Shown here one piece after another: positions 22,593 through 33,275 of a DNA stretch of 64,000 nt; positions within the stretch are counted from its first letter, which is position 1; every line of letters starts with the position of its first letter. The notes beneath the pieces were generated by a model. It worked only from the letters and a program-made list of their open reading frames with translations, searched no databases and was not told where the DNA came from. The translations under genes and the position numbers were made by a program. The stretch lies in assembly GCA_963818475.1 (NCBI GenBank), contig CAWFSF010000006.1, forward strand, positions 1,728,001-1,792,000, read 5' to 3'. Origin of the DNA: Nitrospirota bacterium. GTDB taxonomy: Bacteria; Nitrospirota; UBA9217.

Positions 22593-24272
22593 CTATTTCC
22601 CTACAAACCAGCTATCCTGCTCCTCATTCTTCACCAAAAGACGCTGATACAGCATCCCGCCGACATAGAAGGTCACTCCGAGAACAACGAGCCCGATGAT
22701 CCGCGCGACCGTGGATGCGCCGCTCAGGTCAAAGAGCAGCACCTTTCCAGCTGTGGCGCCGAATACGGCCAGGGATGATTGTCCCATCAGTTTGTCCTTC
22801 ACGTACAGCGACAGGCCGAGGCTCCCGATGGCGAGCACTCCCCATGCGACCGATTCGATGATCGGTTCGTGCAGAAGGTGAATCGCCGCGGCCATGGCGC
22901 AGATGTGGCCCATGGCGATCAGCAGTGTTGTCGCGCTGCCGATCAGGTCATTCTGGCGGCAGAACCAATAGCCGAGATAGAGGAGCAGGGCGTAAGAGAC
23001 GGAGAGCAATTGCCGGGCTGGTACCGTGTCAATATCGGCATTGAAGAGGATGCGCAGGTAGTTCACCGTGAAGATGATGCCGACGGCTACCCAGATGGGC
23101 CATCGCGAGCCGAATCCGTCATCGCTCCGTATGCTGATAATCGCGACAACGGGGACCAGCAGAAAACCGATCCAGGGACCCCATGCTGCGGGCACGGACT
23201 CGATGTAGCCCGCATGGAACAGTACGAGCGCCGCATAGCACCACAACAGCAGCTCCCCGCCCGGAAGCTGCTCCTGCAGCGCGTAACGAGCGACAGCATA
23301 GATCAGGGCAAGAGCGGCCAGGCTGCCAACCGCGATCCAGGGCGCAATGGCGGGCAGATGCTGGTTCAGCAGGCTGTATTGCAGAAAATAGAAGAGCAAG
23401 AGCGGCGGCAAATGCGCGAGCGCGTCCTGCTGACTGAGCGGTTCGTTATGCCGGACGGAGAAGACGGCGGTGGCGATGCCGAAGATCGCGAACTGGATGG
23501 TCTGAAAAGCTATGACCGCGCTCCACTGGTCCGCTCCCTGGATCTTCCAGAGCATGTCAAAACCGATGAGCGCAAGGTAGAGCGCCAGGAGATAGATCAG
23601 CCTTCGGCCATGCCAGATGGAAAAGACGCTGAATACGACACTCCATGCCGAGTAGTAGATCGCCACGTCAGTGAGGGGGCCTGCCGCGCCCCTGAGCAGA
23701 AAGGGGGCGAAGTACGAGCCGGCCACGGCGAAGAGGGCGAAGAGGTCGCTTTCGAAAGCCCTGCAGAGCCAGAGCGAAGCGCCGCACACGATGATAACGG
23801 CAGCTCCGGCCTCTTGCACGCTGATGAGATGATGATACAGGTGTCCGCCGTAGATGGTGAGAAAAAGGACGGCGATGCCCGCGGCAGGAAGCAGGCCGGC
23901 ATAGTCCCGGTCATTTTTCCGCAGGGCAAAACCTGAGCCGATCAGCAGCAGCCCGAAGACGGCCGAGCAGGCGACCTGCCTGATCGGCGTCAGCCAGCCG
24001 CTGTCGATCGCCAGCTTGATGAGATAGGACGCTGCCAGCAGAAGCGCGATGGCCCCGCCCCAGCCGAGGACGTTGCCGATGAGTTGTGATTCCGTTTGCT
24101 GTTGAGGAGGTGACGCAGTGCGGACAGTTGGCCGAGCCGCCGGTGCAGCCACGGTCGTTTGCGGGCGGACAACCGTCTGCGCCTGAGCCGCCCGCTTCAA
24201 CAGATGCGCCTCAATTCCCGCGACTCGCGCCTCTATGGCAGCAACACGACTTTCAAGATCATCAAGACTCAT
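22593..24272 (-). CDS. DUF2339 family polytopic membrane protein
   Basis: LESRVAAIE coiled coil, E-x-LIG-x-VLGWGG...GWLTPIRQ, C-terminal KVLLFDLS...ARIIG. Confidence 0.85.
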   Translation of the reverse strand: MSLDDLESRVAAIEARVAGIEAHLLKRAAQAQTVVRPQTTVAAPAARPTVRTASPPQQQTESQLIGNVLGWGGAIALLLAASYLIKLAIDSGWLTPIRQVACSAVFGLLLIGSGFALRKNDRDYAGLLPAAGIAVLFLTIYGGHLYHHLISVQEAGAAVIIVCGASLWLCRAFESDLFALFAVAGSYFAPFLLRGAAGPLTDVAIYYSAWSVVFSVFSIWHGRRLIYLLALYLALIGFDMLWKIQGADQWSAVIAFQTIQFAIFGIATAVFSVRHNEPLSQQDALAHLPPLLLFYFLQYSLLNQHLPAIAPWIAVGSLAALALIYAVARYALQEQLPGGELLLWCYAALVLFHAGYIESVPAAWGPWIGFLLVPVVAIISIRSDDGFGSRWPIWVAVGIIFTVNYLRILFNADIDTVPARQLLSVSYALLLYLGYWFCRQNDLIGSATTLLIAMGHICAMAAAIHLLHEPIIESVAWGVLAIGSLGLSLYVKDKLMGQSSLAVFGATAGKVLLFDLSGASTVARIIGLVVLGVTFYVGGMLYQRLLVKNEEQDSWFVGK

Positions 24273-24774
24273 AAGCGTTGCCCTCCTGTTTTTGTGTCGT
24301 TACATTCGAAAGTGAGGTGCTATTCCAGAAAGTATATTTTCCAGACGACTATAACATAGAATGCCGATAGATGCGGTACTTTTCGGGGGGACGGGTAAGG
24401 TCGATTATTCTAACCCGGACAAGCCGGCACCATAATATTTTCACCACGAAGGCCGCGAAGAGCACGAAGGAATTCAACGTGCTAATGTCTTTAACAACGT
24501 CCGTATACGTTTCTCTTCGTGAACTTCGTGTTCTTCGTGGTAAATATTCTTGCCATTTTGAGTAGAATTAGATTTGTTTGTTACTAAAAACGGCATTTGA
24601 ACACGGAAGAAGCGAAAACATCTGGTTAACGCGGATAAATTCTAAAGCATTCACCTATTGGGTGAACCTCTTATAAAAGAAATAATCCGATCATCCGGCT
24701 TTTATCCGTGTCCAAATGCTTTTTTAAGGATAATGGCGCTATCAGGAACAGCGTTGTAGGGCATACAGAGAAAT

Positions 24775-25374
24775 TCAACCGTTCAACAGTTTAAGGACAG
24801 CCATGCCGTCCTCGTAATGTTCGATGATGTTGAGCGCGCCGAAAGACTGGTCAAGACGGAAGAGGTTGTTCAGGTCGAGGCCGAGGACATGGGCGAGGAT
24901 GACGCGGTTCACGCCGCCGTGCAGCAGCATGGCGATCTCCTGGTTCGGGTGGGCCGACACCAGCCGCTCGTATTCGGGGATGATCCGGTCGCGCACGTCG
25001 CTGACGCATTCGCCGCCGGACGGACGGTAGTTGAGAAGGTCGGCCCGCCAGAGCTGGAACTCCTCGGGAAAGCGCTCCTTGATCTCATCGACCGTAAGCC
25101 CTTCCCAGACGCCGACGCTCCGCTCCCGCAGCTGGCGGAGGGGAGTATAGGAAATATTGAGCCGCTTCGAGATGATGTCGGCGCCTTTGACCGACCGGAT
25201 GAGGTCGCTGGAATAGACCGCGGTGATGGGCTTGTCCGCCAGCATCCCGGCCAGCCGGTGCATCTGCTCCACACCGGTCTCGGTGATGTCCACGTCAATA
25301 TGGCCGTTGTAGCGTTTTTGTCCGCCATTCGCCACTTCACCATGGCGCATGAGATAGACCCGCGTCAGCATCAA
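24775..25374 (-). CDS. cobC: Alpha-ribazole phosphatase (histidine phosphatase family)
   Basis: LMRHGE and SSDLIRS motifs; last gene of the cob operon. Confidence 0.85.
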   Translation of the reverse strand: MMLTRVYLMRHGEVANGGQKRYNGHIDVDITETGVEQMHRLAGMLADKPITAVYSSDLIRSVKGADIISKRLNISYTPLRQLRERSVGVWEGLTVDEIKERFPEEFQLWRADLLNYRPSGGECVSDVRDRIIPEYERLVSAHPNQEIAMLLHGGVNRVILAHVLGLDLNNLFRLDQSFGALNIIEHYEDGMAVLKLLNG

Positions 25375-26135
25375 TTACTCCGCACCTGACAGGACCACCA
25401 GAAGCAGCAGGACCAGGACCTCGTTCAGCTCGCTTATGGCCCCGATCGCATCGCCGGTGACCCCGCCCAGCCTCTTCACCAGATACCAGCGACCCAGAAG
25501 CGTGAACGCCAGAACGCCCGCTACCAGGTAGAGGGCGGTCCATCCGTTCACCCAGATCGCCAGCCCGAAGGCAATCGCGAACGCCGCGATCATATTGTTT
25601 CCGCGCAAGTGACCGACAAAGGCGCTGCCCATCCCCTTTTCCCGGCCGTAGTTCGCCTTGTACACCATGAGCGTCTGGGACCATCGCGCGAGCAGGGGAG
25701 CCGTCAGCAGCGCTTCCACCTTGCTGCCCGAGAACAGATTGTTCAGCGTCAGGTACTTGACGAGCAGCAGCAGTACGATGCCGATAGCGCCGGCCGTGCC
25801 GAGCCTGCTGTCCTTCATGATATGGAGCCGGGACTCTGGTCGTAGCCGCCCATCAGGCCGTCCAGGGTGTCAGCCAGACCGTCGATGTGAAAGGCGCGGG
25901 TGAGCAGCACCAGAATGACGATGAGCATTGCGTTCACGATGGTATTCGGGAACATCCATAAGAGCCCCTTGTCCGCGTTCACCAGGATGAACCCCAGGGC
26001 AAAACCTACGAGCGGGAAGTAGACCATGGACTTCGCGAGGTCGTTCTCCGCCACCTCGTGCTTCTTGTTGAGGGTGAAGATCGTCAGGAACTGGACCGCG
26101 GTTATGAAATTTTTTAGCATTGCTTTCATGGTCAT
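25375..26135 (-). CDS. cobS: Adenosylcobinamide-GDP ribazoletransferase (one frameshift)
   Basis: AVQFLT, HIDGLADTLDG, MKDSRLG, LGGVTGDAIGA. Confidence 0.93.
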
Positions 26136-26147
26136 CAGGTACTTGCG

Positions 26148-27218
26148 CTAGTGCTTTACGGGGTCCCCTTCTTTTTCAGCAACACCGGCATCGGCAAAGG
26201 TCGCCATCTCGGTCAGGATCCTGACGCCCGCCTCTACGAGCGATATGCCCAGGGCCGCGCCCGTGCCTTCGCCGAGCCTGAGGTTCAGATCGAGAAGCGG
26301 CACCTGTTCGAGATGCTCCAGCATCTTCCGGTGGCCGATCTCGACGGACTGGTGGGCGGCAATGATATACCCTTTGACCAGCGGGTTCAGTTCGGCGGCG
26401 ATCAGGGCGCCCGCAGTGGAGATGAAACCGTCGATAACAACCGGGATCTTATAGAGCGCGGCGCCGAGCACAAGACCGGCAATGCCGGCTATCTCGAAGC
26501 CGCCGACCTTGGCAAGCACATCGAGGGCGTCCGACCGATCGGGCCGGTTCACTTCTATCGCCTTCCTGATGACCGCGGCCTTGTGCTTGAGCGAAGCATC
26601 ATCGATGCCGGTGCCGCGTCCCGTCACTTTTTCGGGGTCCGTGTTCGTGATGACCGACACGATGGCCGAGGAAGGCGTGGTGTTCGCAATGCCCATATCG
26701 CCGGTCCCGAGGATGTCGAGCTGGTCGCGGTATTTTTCGACGAGTTCGATGCCTGCCAGCACGGCGCGCTCCGCTTCGTCGCGCGTCATGGCCGGGCCCT
26801 GCGTCATGTTCTGCGTGCCGTGGCCGATCTTCCGGATCTCGAGGCCTTCCATGGGTTCAAAATCGTGGTCAACGCCCATGTCCACGACGATCACGCGCGC
26901 GCCCACATGCTTGGCGAGCACGTTCACACCGGCGCCGCCGCGCAGGAAGTTGTAGACCATCTGGGGAGTCACTTCTTTCGGGAAGGCGCTCACCCCTTCA
27001 GCTACAACACCATGGTCGCCGGCAAAAGTGAAAATGATCTTGTTCCTGATGCTCGGCTTGTCCCTGCCGGTGATGAGGCAGTATTTTTTCGCCAGCTCTT
27101 CAAGCCGGCCGAGGCTGCCCTGCGGCTTGGTCAGATTATCGAGCCTTGCCTGAACCGCGTTCGATCGCGATGCGTCCACGGGCTGGATCTTTTTTATGAT
27201 ATCCTGCAATTTACTCAT
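26148..27218 (-). CDS. cobT: Nicotinate-nucleotide:dimethylbenzimidazole phosphoribosyltransferase
   Basis: LTKPQGSLGRLE, FAGDHGV, MGIANTT, LRLGEGTGA. Confidence 0.96.
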   Translation of the reverse strand: MSKLQDIIKKIQPVDASRSNAVQARLDNLTKPQGSLGRLEELAKKYCLITGRDKPSIRNKIIFTFAGDHGVVAEGVSAFPKEVTPQMVYNFLRGGAGVNVLAKHVGARVIVVDMGVDHDFEPMEGLEIRKIGHGTQNMTQGPAMTRDEAERAVLAGIELVEKYRDQLDILGTGDMGIANTTPSSAIVSVITNTDPEKVTGRGTGIDDASLKHKAAVIRKAIEVNRPDRSDALDVLAKVGGFEIAGIAGLVLGAALYKIPVVIDGFISTAGALIAAELNPLVKGYIIAAHQSVEIGHRKMLEHLEQVPLLDLNLRLGEGTGAALGISLVEAGVRILTEMATFADAGVAEKEGDPVKH

Positions 27219-27286
27219 CCTGTGTTACCTCCCCAAATATTTTTTGTTCTAATTCCGCAATCCGCAATCCGAAATCCGCAATAAGA

Positions 27287-27811
27287 TCACTTTATCTTTA
27301 TCGGTATCCCCGAAGCGGTGAAGTACACTTCGTCGGCGACCTGGGCCACTTTCTGGTTCAAAAGCCCGGCATAGTCGCGGAACTGGCGCGCCAGCGGATT
27401 GTCGGGAACGATCCCGAGGCCGACCTCGTTCGAGACGATGAGCAGCGTGCCGTTGAAATCGCGAATGGCGGCAATGAGCTCTTCAGAATGGGCGCTGATG
27501 ACATCGCCGTCGACCGTATGGGCGATGATATTGCTCAACCAGAGCGTCAGGCAATCCAGAAGCGCAACATCATAATGCCGGGCGCTCAGCTTCTGGAGCA
27601 GTTCGGCAATGGCAAGCGGCTCCTCATAGGTGTCCCAGGCTTTGCTCCGGTCCTTGCGGTGCTTCTCGATCCGCGCTGCCATCTCGGGATCGAGCGCCTG
27701 CGCCGTGGCGATGTAGGCCCGCTTCCCTTCAAGCTCATGCGCCAGGCGTTCGGCAAAGCCTGATTTTCCCGACCGCGCGCCGCCGGTTATGAAGTAGATC
27801 TTAGTAGCCAT
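27287..27811 (-). CDS. cobU: Adenosylcobinamide kinase / guanylyltransferase
   Basis: TGGARSGKS, YIATA, LDCLTLW, VSNEVGLGIVP. Confidence 0.95.
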   Translation of the reverse strand: MATKIYFITGGARSGKSGFAERLAHELEGKRAYIATAQALDPEMAARIEKHRKDRSKAWDTYEEPLAIAELLQKLSARHYDVALLDCLTLWLSNIIAHTVDGDVISAHSEELIAAIRDFNGTLLIVSNEVGLGIVPDNPLARQFRDYAGLLNQKVAQVADEVYFTASGIPIKIK

Positions 27812-27828
27812 AGGATCCTGTCTTATTT

Positions 27829-27870
27829 GCAGGGGCGGGTTGTAAGGGCGGGTTTTAAACCCGCCCCTAC
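27829..27870. repeat. REP element matching those around the RAYT gene
   Basis: gcaggggcgggtt-gtaagggcgggttttaaacccgcccctac. Confidence 0.8.
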
Positions 27871-27963
27871 GCGCCCATTTCACCGCGTTCATCCAGATAA
27901 AAAACCCCTACCTGGTTGTCTCAGGCAGGGGTCAGGTTCACGCGCTGTCTTTCAAGGTCAAAA

Positions 27964-28039
27964 TGGAGCGGGCGACGGGGTTCGAACCCGCGACCCCAAG
28001 CTTGGGAAGCTTGTACTCTACCAGCTGAGCTACGCCCGC
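27964..28039 (-). tRNA. tRNA-Gly (anticodon CCC)
   Basis: gcgggcgtagctcagctggtagagtacaagcttCCCaagcttggggtcgcgggttcgaaccccgtcgcccgctcca; folds as a cloverleaf with encoded CCA. Confidence 0.97.
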
Positions 28040-28096
28040 TTTTTCGAAAAGGATTATATCGGCATGGGTAACCGATGTCAATTAAAAAACTGGAGG

Positions 28097-28591
28097 CTAC
28101 AGGAGTTGTTTGACGGTCTGCTCTATCTCCTCTTCATTCCCGGACCCCAGAAAGCGCTTCAGGATCTTGCCGGACTTGTCGATGATTACCACCATCGGGA
28201 TCGTGCGGACACTGTACTGGTCAGCCACCTCATCGGTCCCCATCAGCACCGTATAGGTCATGCCGTGCTCTTTCTGAAAGGTGCTGATATCCGCTGCTGC
28301 ATCTCCGTCGACCGATATGGCGAGAATGACCAGTCCCTTGCCGGCATAGTCCGCGTTGAGCTTTGCGATGCCGGGAATGGAGTCGCGGCAGGGCTGGCAC
28401 CAGGTTGCCCAGAAGTCGAGCACGACCGGCTTGCCCTTGAAATCGGAGAGCTGGACCGTCTTTCCATTCAGGTCCTTGAGCTTGAAGTTCGGCGCATCGC
28501 CCGATGCAACCGTTGACCGTTCATCGGACCGGGTGCAGCCCAGAAGCAGGACAAGTACTATGATCGATACGGTGATGAATCTCCTGAACAT
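28097..28591 (-). CDS. TlpA/ResA-like thiol-disulfide oxidoreductase lipoprotein
   Basis: LLGC lipobox; APNFKLKDL; FWATWCQPC. Confidence 0.9.
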   Translation of the reverse strand: MFRRFITVSIIVLVLLLGCTRSDERSTVASGDAPNFKLKDLNGKTVQLSDFKGKPVVLDFWATWCQPCRDSIPGIAKLNADYAGKGLVILAISVDGDAAADISTFQKEHGMTYTVLMGTDEVADQYSVRTIPMVVIIDKSGKILKRFLGSGNEEEIEQTVKQLL

Positions 28592-28693
28592 CGGGTGCAT
28601 CTCCTTAAAAAAATCCGGCAAGCGGCGCTCGCCTTTACGCGATGTCCCTCTTGCCGGAGGTTCACAATCGTTTACTGGAGGTACGGGAACGGG

Positions 28694-29014
28694 CTATTTC
28701 AGCAGGGTGTCGACCTTCGACTTGAGCTGTGCCTTGGGCACCGCACCCACTACCTGGTCAACGGTCTGCCCTCCCTTGAAGAACATCAGGGTCGGGATCC
28801 CCATGATACGGTATTTGCCGGCCACATCCGGATTTTCGTCCGTGTTCAGCTTGAGGACCTTCAGCTTGCCCGCATATTCCTTTGATATTTCGTCAACGAT
28901 CGGCGCCACCATCCGGCACGGTCCGCACCAGACGGCCCAGAAATCCACCAGGACGAGGCCCTCTGCTTTCAGTACTTCCTGCTCCCATGTTGCGGTCGTC
29001 ACTGCTTCTGCCAT
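28694..29014 (-). CDS. trxA: Thioredoxin
   Basis: [15 protein letters not shown]. Confidence 0.96.
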   Translation of the reverse strand: MAEAVTTATWEQEVLKAEGLVLVDFWAVWCGPCRMVAPIVDEISKEYAGKLKVLKLNTDENPDVAGKYRIMGIPTLMFFKGGQTVDQVVGAVPKAQLKSKVDTLLK

Positions 29015-29035
29015 TCCATCCTCCTTAAAACCCTG

Positions 29036-29233
29036 TTATCGTGTATTTTGAATAGTTGCAGAAAGTTCCTGCCTGATCGAACCTTCGGGACAGACGCGGG
29101 GACAGGCGCCGCAGTCGATGCATTCCAGGGTGATGACGGCCTTTCCATCGACCATCCGTATGGCATCGGCCGGGCAAATATCCTGACAGGAGCCGCATCC
29201 CGTGCATGTTTTATCATTGACTCGATACGTCAT
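29036..29233 (-). CDS. 2[4Fe-4S] ferredoxin
   Basis: CTGCGSCQDICP and CIDCGACPRVCP. Confidence 0.9.
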   Translation of the reverse strand: MTYRVNDKTCTGCGSCQDICPADAIRMVDGKAVITLECIDCGACPRVCPEGSIRQELSATIQNTR

Positions 29234-29494
29234 ATAACAACCGTTTGCAATAATAAACCATGCCCTGGGCATTGTCAATAATTTTTAGTTCGCCCGTAAA
29301 TAAGCAACAAGCCGAAACCAATTTTGCCACGAAGACACGAAGGCACTAAGAAATGCCTGAATGCTTTCGTGATTGTTTAACTCAATAATTTTCAAGACGT
29401 TCTTCGTGTCTTAGAGCCTTCGTGGCAAAATTAATGTTGCCCTCCGGTAGGATCCGGCGTTGTCTATTTACAGAACTTGTGGCATAATCTGCGC

Positions 29495-32400
29495 GTGAAA
29501 CACTGCTTATTGCCATACGGCAGCACCGGCTGGGCGCGGAAAAGAGAGCTCTTCGAGGAGCTCGCGGCAGCCTGTCCGGGCCCGCCGTTCCGCTTCGACC
29601 GGGTGCTGGTGCTCGTCCCCTCGTCCCGCATGACCCGTGCTTACCGGAAGCTGTTCCTCGACGCCGTTGAAAAGGCCCATGGCGCAGCAGCGCTCATCCC
29701 TCCCGTCATCCAGACGCTGCATCGCTTTCTGACCTCTCTCTCGGCGCGCGTTCCGGGCCCGGCGCTCATCGATGAGAACACCCGGCTCGTGCTGGTCGAA
29801 GGGATCGTCAAGAATTATCTCGCCGAGCGCATGCTGTTCAGCCAGAGTCCCGAGCTGCTCGCCCCGTCGCTCTCGGCGTCGCTGGCAGCCATGATCGACC
29901 AGCTCGCCCATGCAGGCATCGGTCCGGCAGAGCTCCGCGCTGCCCTGGCGCCGACGGACTCGGTTGACAAGAAGCAGGTCGTCCTGCTCATGGACATCTA
30001 CGACGCCTACGAGCGCATTCTCAGGGAGCGGAACCTGGTTGACCCTGCAGGCATGCTGTCCCATCTTGGCGGGCTTTTCGATCCTGCCTGGCTCGATCCC
30101 TATGACACGATCATCATCGACAATATTGCCGATGCCGGCGACCTCGAGGCAGGCATCCTGGCCGGGATCCTGGAGCATCGGAACTGCCGCTATATCGGTG
30201 AAGGACCGGGAGGGCTCGTAGCGCGGGCCGGGGAGTATCATCCGCTCAGGATCACGAAGGACTTCCTTGCAAAGATCAACGTCGTGCCGGGAGAGGACGG
30301 CAGTACCATGGATGGCGACAACGCGTTCCTGGCGCAGGCACTCTTCTCCGACAAAACCTTTGCAGAAATAGAACAGCAGGCACGCAGCCTTCCCTGCTTT
30401 GAAAAAACAGTACACCTGCTCTCCGCGGTTAATCCCCGTGAAGAGGTATCGTTCATTGCCGGCGAGGTCAAGAAGGCGCTCCGCGACGGGGCTGTGGCTG
30501 ATTCCCTGCTCGTTGCGTTCCCGTCGCTCGACGAGTACGGCCCGCTGGTGGAAGAGATCTTTACGGATTGCGGCATCCCCTACAACCGGGCGCTCGGCAG
30601 GCAGCTCAGCACGTCGCCGGTCACGACAGCGGCCGTCTCTCTCCTGCGCGCCTGCCACGAAGAGTTCTCCGGGCCGTCCCTGCTCCGGGTCCTCAGTTCC
30701 CCCTTTCTGAAGTTCGGAGAGAACCGCTCCCTTGCGCCTGCTCTTGACCGTTTCCTGCGCGACCAGAAGATCATGGGAGGCAAAGAGCGCCTGCTCACCG
30801 CGCTTCGATACCACCGCCCCGACGAAAGCAGCCTTGACGTGCTCAGTGGTCCGCTCTCGGACCTGTTCGCAGCTTTGGAACCCTTTTGCACTGCCCGATC
30901 CTGCCCCGCTCGCTGTCTGGATGGAGCGGCTTAACCGGCTCGTTGTCTGGTCGAAGCTTGCCTCGCGCGTGCTGCTCATCAAAGGTCCGCTCAACAGCAA
31001 CCTTCAGGCGCACAAGAAGCTGGAGGAGACCTTCGCCTCCCTGACGGCTGCCGGCAGGCTCTTCCCTGAATACCATTACACCTTCGGCGAATGGTTCTTC
31101 CTGCTGCGAAAAACGCTGATGCACGTACGGTACCAGGTACCGCCCGATGACGAGGGCGGGGTGCAGGTCCTGGGCCTCGGCGAGACCATGGGGCATGCCT
31201 GGACCGCGATCTACCTGGGCGGCCTCGTTGACACGAAATTCCCCCAGCGCCTGCCGCAGAACATCTTCCTGCCCGAGTCAACGCTCGAGCCGCTCGGGAT
31301 CCGAACGCTCGAAAAAGCGCGGCTCACCGCGTCACATCACTTCTACCGGCTGCTGCTTTCAGCGGAAAAGGTCACGCTCACCTGGCCTGAGAACGAGGGA
31401 GACCGCGCGACCGTGGCATCACCCTTCCTGTCCGAACTGACGCCGCTCAAGCGGGCAGGCCTCGTCAACCGGGGGATCGAACGGACCTCGGGCATCCAGT
31501 TCAGCCTCAAGCCTGAAGACAGCAGAAGCATCTCCGAGCTGGCAAAAGCCGTTGGCAGCAGAGGCAGGGTAGCGGGCATCGAGCAGGTCCTGAGCGCGGA
31601 TATTCCGAACATGGCTGCGATCAGAAGCGCTTACGACTTCGATCCCTCCTCAGTTGCACGGGCATTGTTATCACTGAGCAAGAAGACCTTCCGGGTCACG
31701 GAGCTGGACGACTACCTCCAGTGCCCTTACGATTACTATGTCAAACATGTTCTCCGGCTTAAGCCCCTTGAGGAAGTGACCGAGGACATCTCCCCCCTGG
31801 ACCGGGGCAGCACCGTACATGGCATCCTGCATAGCTTCTACAAGGAATGGGACAGGCCCGTTACTGCTGAGAGCAGGAACGAAGCGGCAGGCGCTGCTCC
31901 GAAAACTAGCCGATACTGCCTATGACCGCGCCCTGGTGGCCGACACCTTCCGCAACCGCCGCGACCAGCAGCTCTTTCTCACCGTTATCGCGGAGCGCTT
32001 CCTCGATGCAGAGGAAGTGTTCTGGAAACAGGGAATGAAACCCGTATTTCTTGAGCAAAAGATAGAATCGTACAAGCTGACCCTGTCGGACGACAGCGAG
32101 GTCGAGATCAATGCCAAAGTCGACCGCATCGATGTGGACGAGCAGGGCAACTTCATCATTGTTGATTACAAGACCGGCAAGTATCCAACACCGAAAACAA
32201 AGGGTGATCAGGATATCTTCCAGCTCCCGGTCTACGCGGTAATGGCGCGGCAGATGTTGTCCGAGCAAGGAGCAGGAGCCCTGCGGCAAGCCCATCGGCC
32301 TTGCCTACTACGATCTCATGGGGAAGAACAAGGGACTGGCCAGGGATGTCGTTCTTTTCAACAAGGACGTGGGCCTCGACCAGCCAGTCATAAAACCGCA

Positions 32401-32572
32401 ATCAAGCCCGAAAAGCGCAGAGGATTTTGAACTGATTTTGAAGCAGAGCATGGACAAGGCCCGCAAAGCCGTCGAAGGCATCCTGGCAGGCGATTTCGCC
32501 TCAGAACCGCAGGATGAGAACAAATGCAGGTATTGTCCCAATGCGGTGATGTGCGAGGAAAAAGAGGCGTAG
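29495..32572 (+). CDS. addB: AddB-like helicase/nuclease subunit (PD-(D/E)xK nuclease, Fe-S staple; frameshifted)
   Basis: Degenerate helicase N-terminus; LDDYLQCPY, RGSTVHGIL, KVDRID, DYKTG, QLPVY; C-terminal CRYCPNAVMC. Confidence 0.8.
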
Positions 32573-32651
32573 GGGCGGGTTGCACGTAGAGGATGGTTTG
32601 CATGTAGAGGGCGGGTTTGCATGTAAGGGCGGGTTTCAAACCCGCCCCTAC
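32569..32651. repeat. REP with tandemly amplified left arms
   Basis: gtaggggcgggttgcac / gtagaggatggtttgcat / gtagagggcgggtttgcat / gtaagggcgggtttcaaacccgcccctac. Confidence 0.85.
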
Positions 32652-32665
32652 GGTAATTGATAATT

Positions 32666-33271
32666 ATGACATTCGATCCTGAAATCCATCATCGCAGGTC
32701 CATCCGTTTGCAACATTACGATTATGCGCATGCAGGGGCATATTTCGTAACCATCTGCGCACAGAACCGTGCATGTTTATTTGGCACTATTTCGGAAGGA
32801 CAGATGCAGGCGAACGATCACGGCAAGATTGTGAACGAATGCTGGAATGATCTGCCAAATCATTACGAAAACTTTATTCCTGACGCATTTCAGATAATGC
32901 CGAATCACGTGCATGGGATTATAATTTTGTCTAATGCCGCCGTAGGGGCGGGTTTCCCTGTAAGGGCGGGTTTTAAACCCGCCCCTACAATAGATGTCCA
33001 TGGGATGCACTCCAGACATTCATCTAAACACCATGGGTTGCCGGAGATCATCCGCGCATTCAAAACATTTTCAGCACGCCGTATTAACCAGGCACGCAAC
33101 ACCCCCGGCATGACGGTATGGCAACGGAATTATTATGAACATGTCATCAGGTACGAAGAAGATCTGAACAAGGTTCGCGAGTATATCATCACCAACCCCG
33201 CGGGATGGGATAAGGACGAAGAGAATCCAGATCATGTAAGGGCGGGTTTGAAACCCGCCCCTACGAGATAA
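32666..33271 (+). mobile_element. REP-associated tyrosine transposase (RAYT, IS200/Y1 HUH family)
   Basis: HHRRSIRL..YDY...GAYFVTIC, MPNHVHGII (HUH), WQRNYYEHVIR, YIITNP; REPs flank the gene and lie in-frame inside it (32942-32988, 33236-33264). Confidence 0.92.
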
Positions 33272-33275
33272 CGAC

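Noticed and set aside
27964-28039. tRNA-Gly as an island integration site
   Set aside because: No integrase or duplicated tRNA 3' end seen; both flanks are housekeeping genes.
32569-32651. Tandem 17-19 bp repeats as a possible mini-CRISPR array
   Set aside because: No unique spacers and no cas genes; the units are REP arms next to a RAYT.
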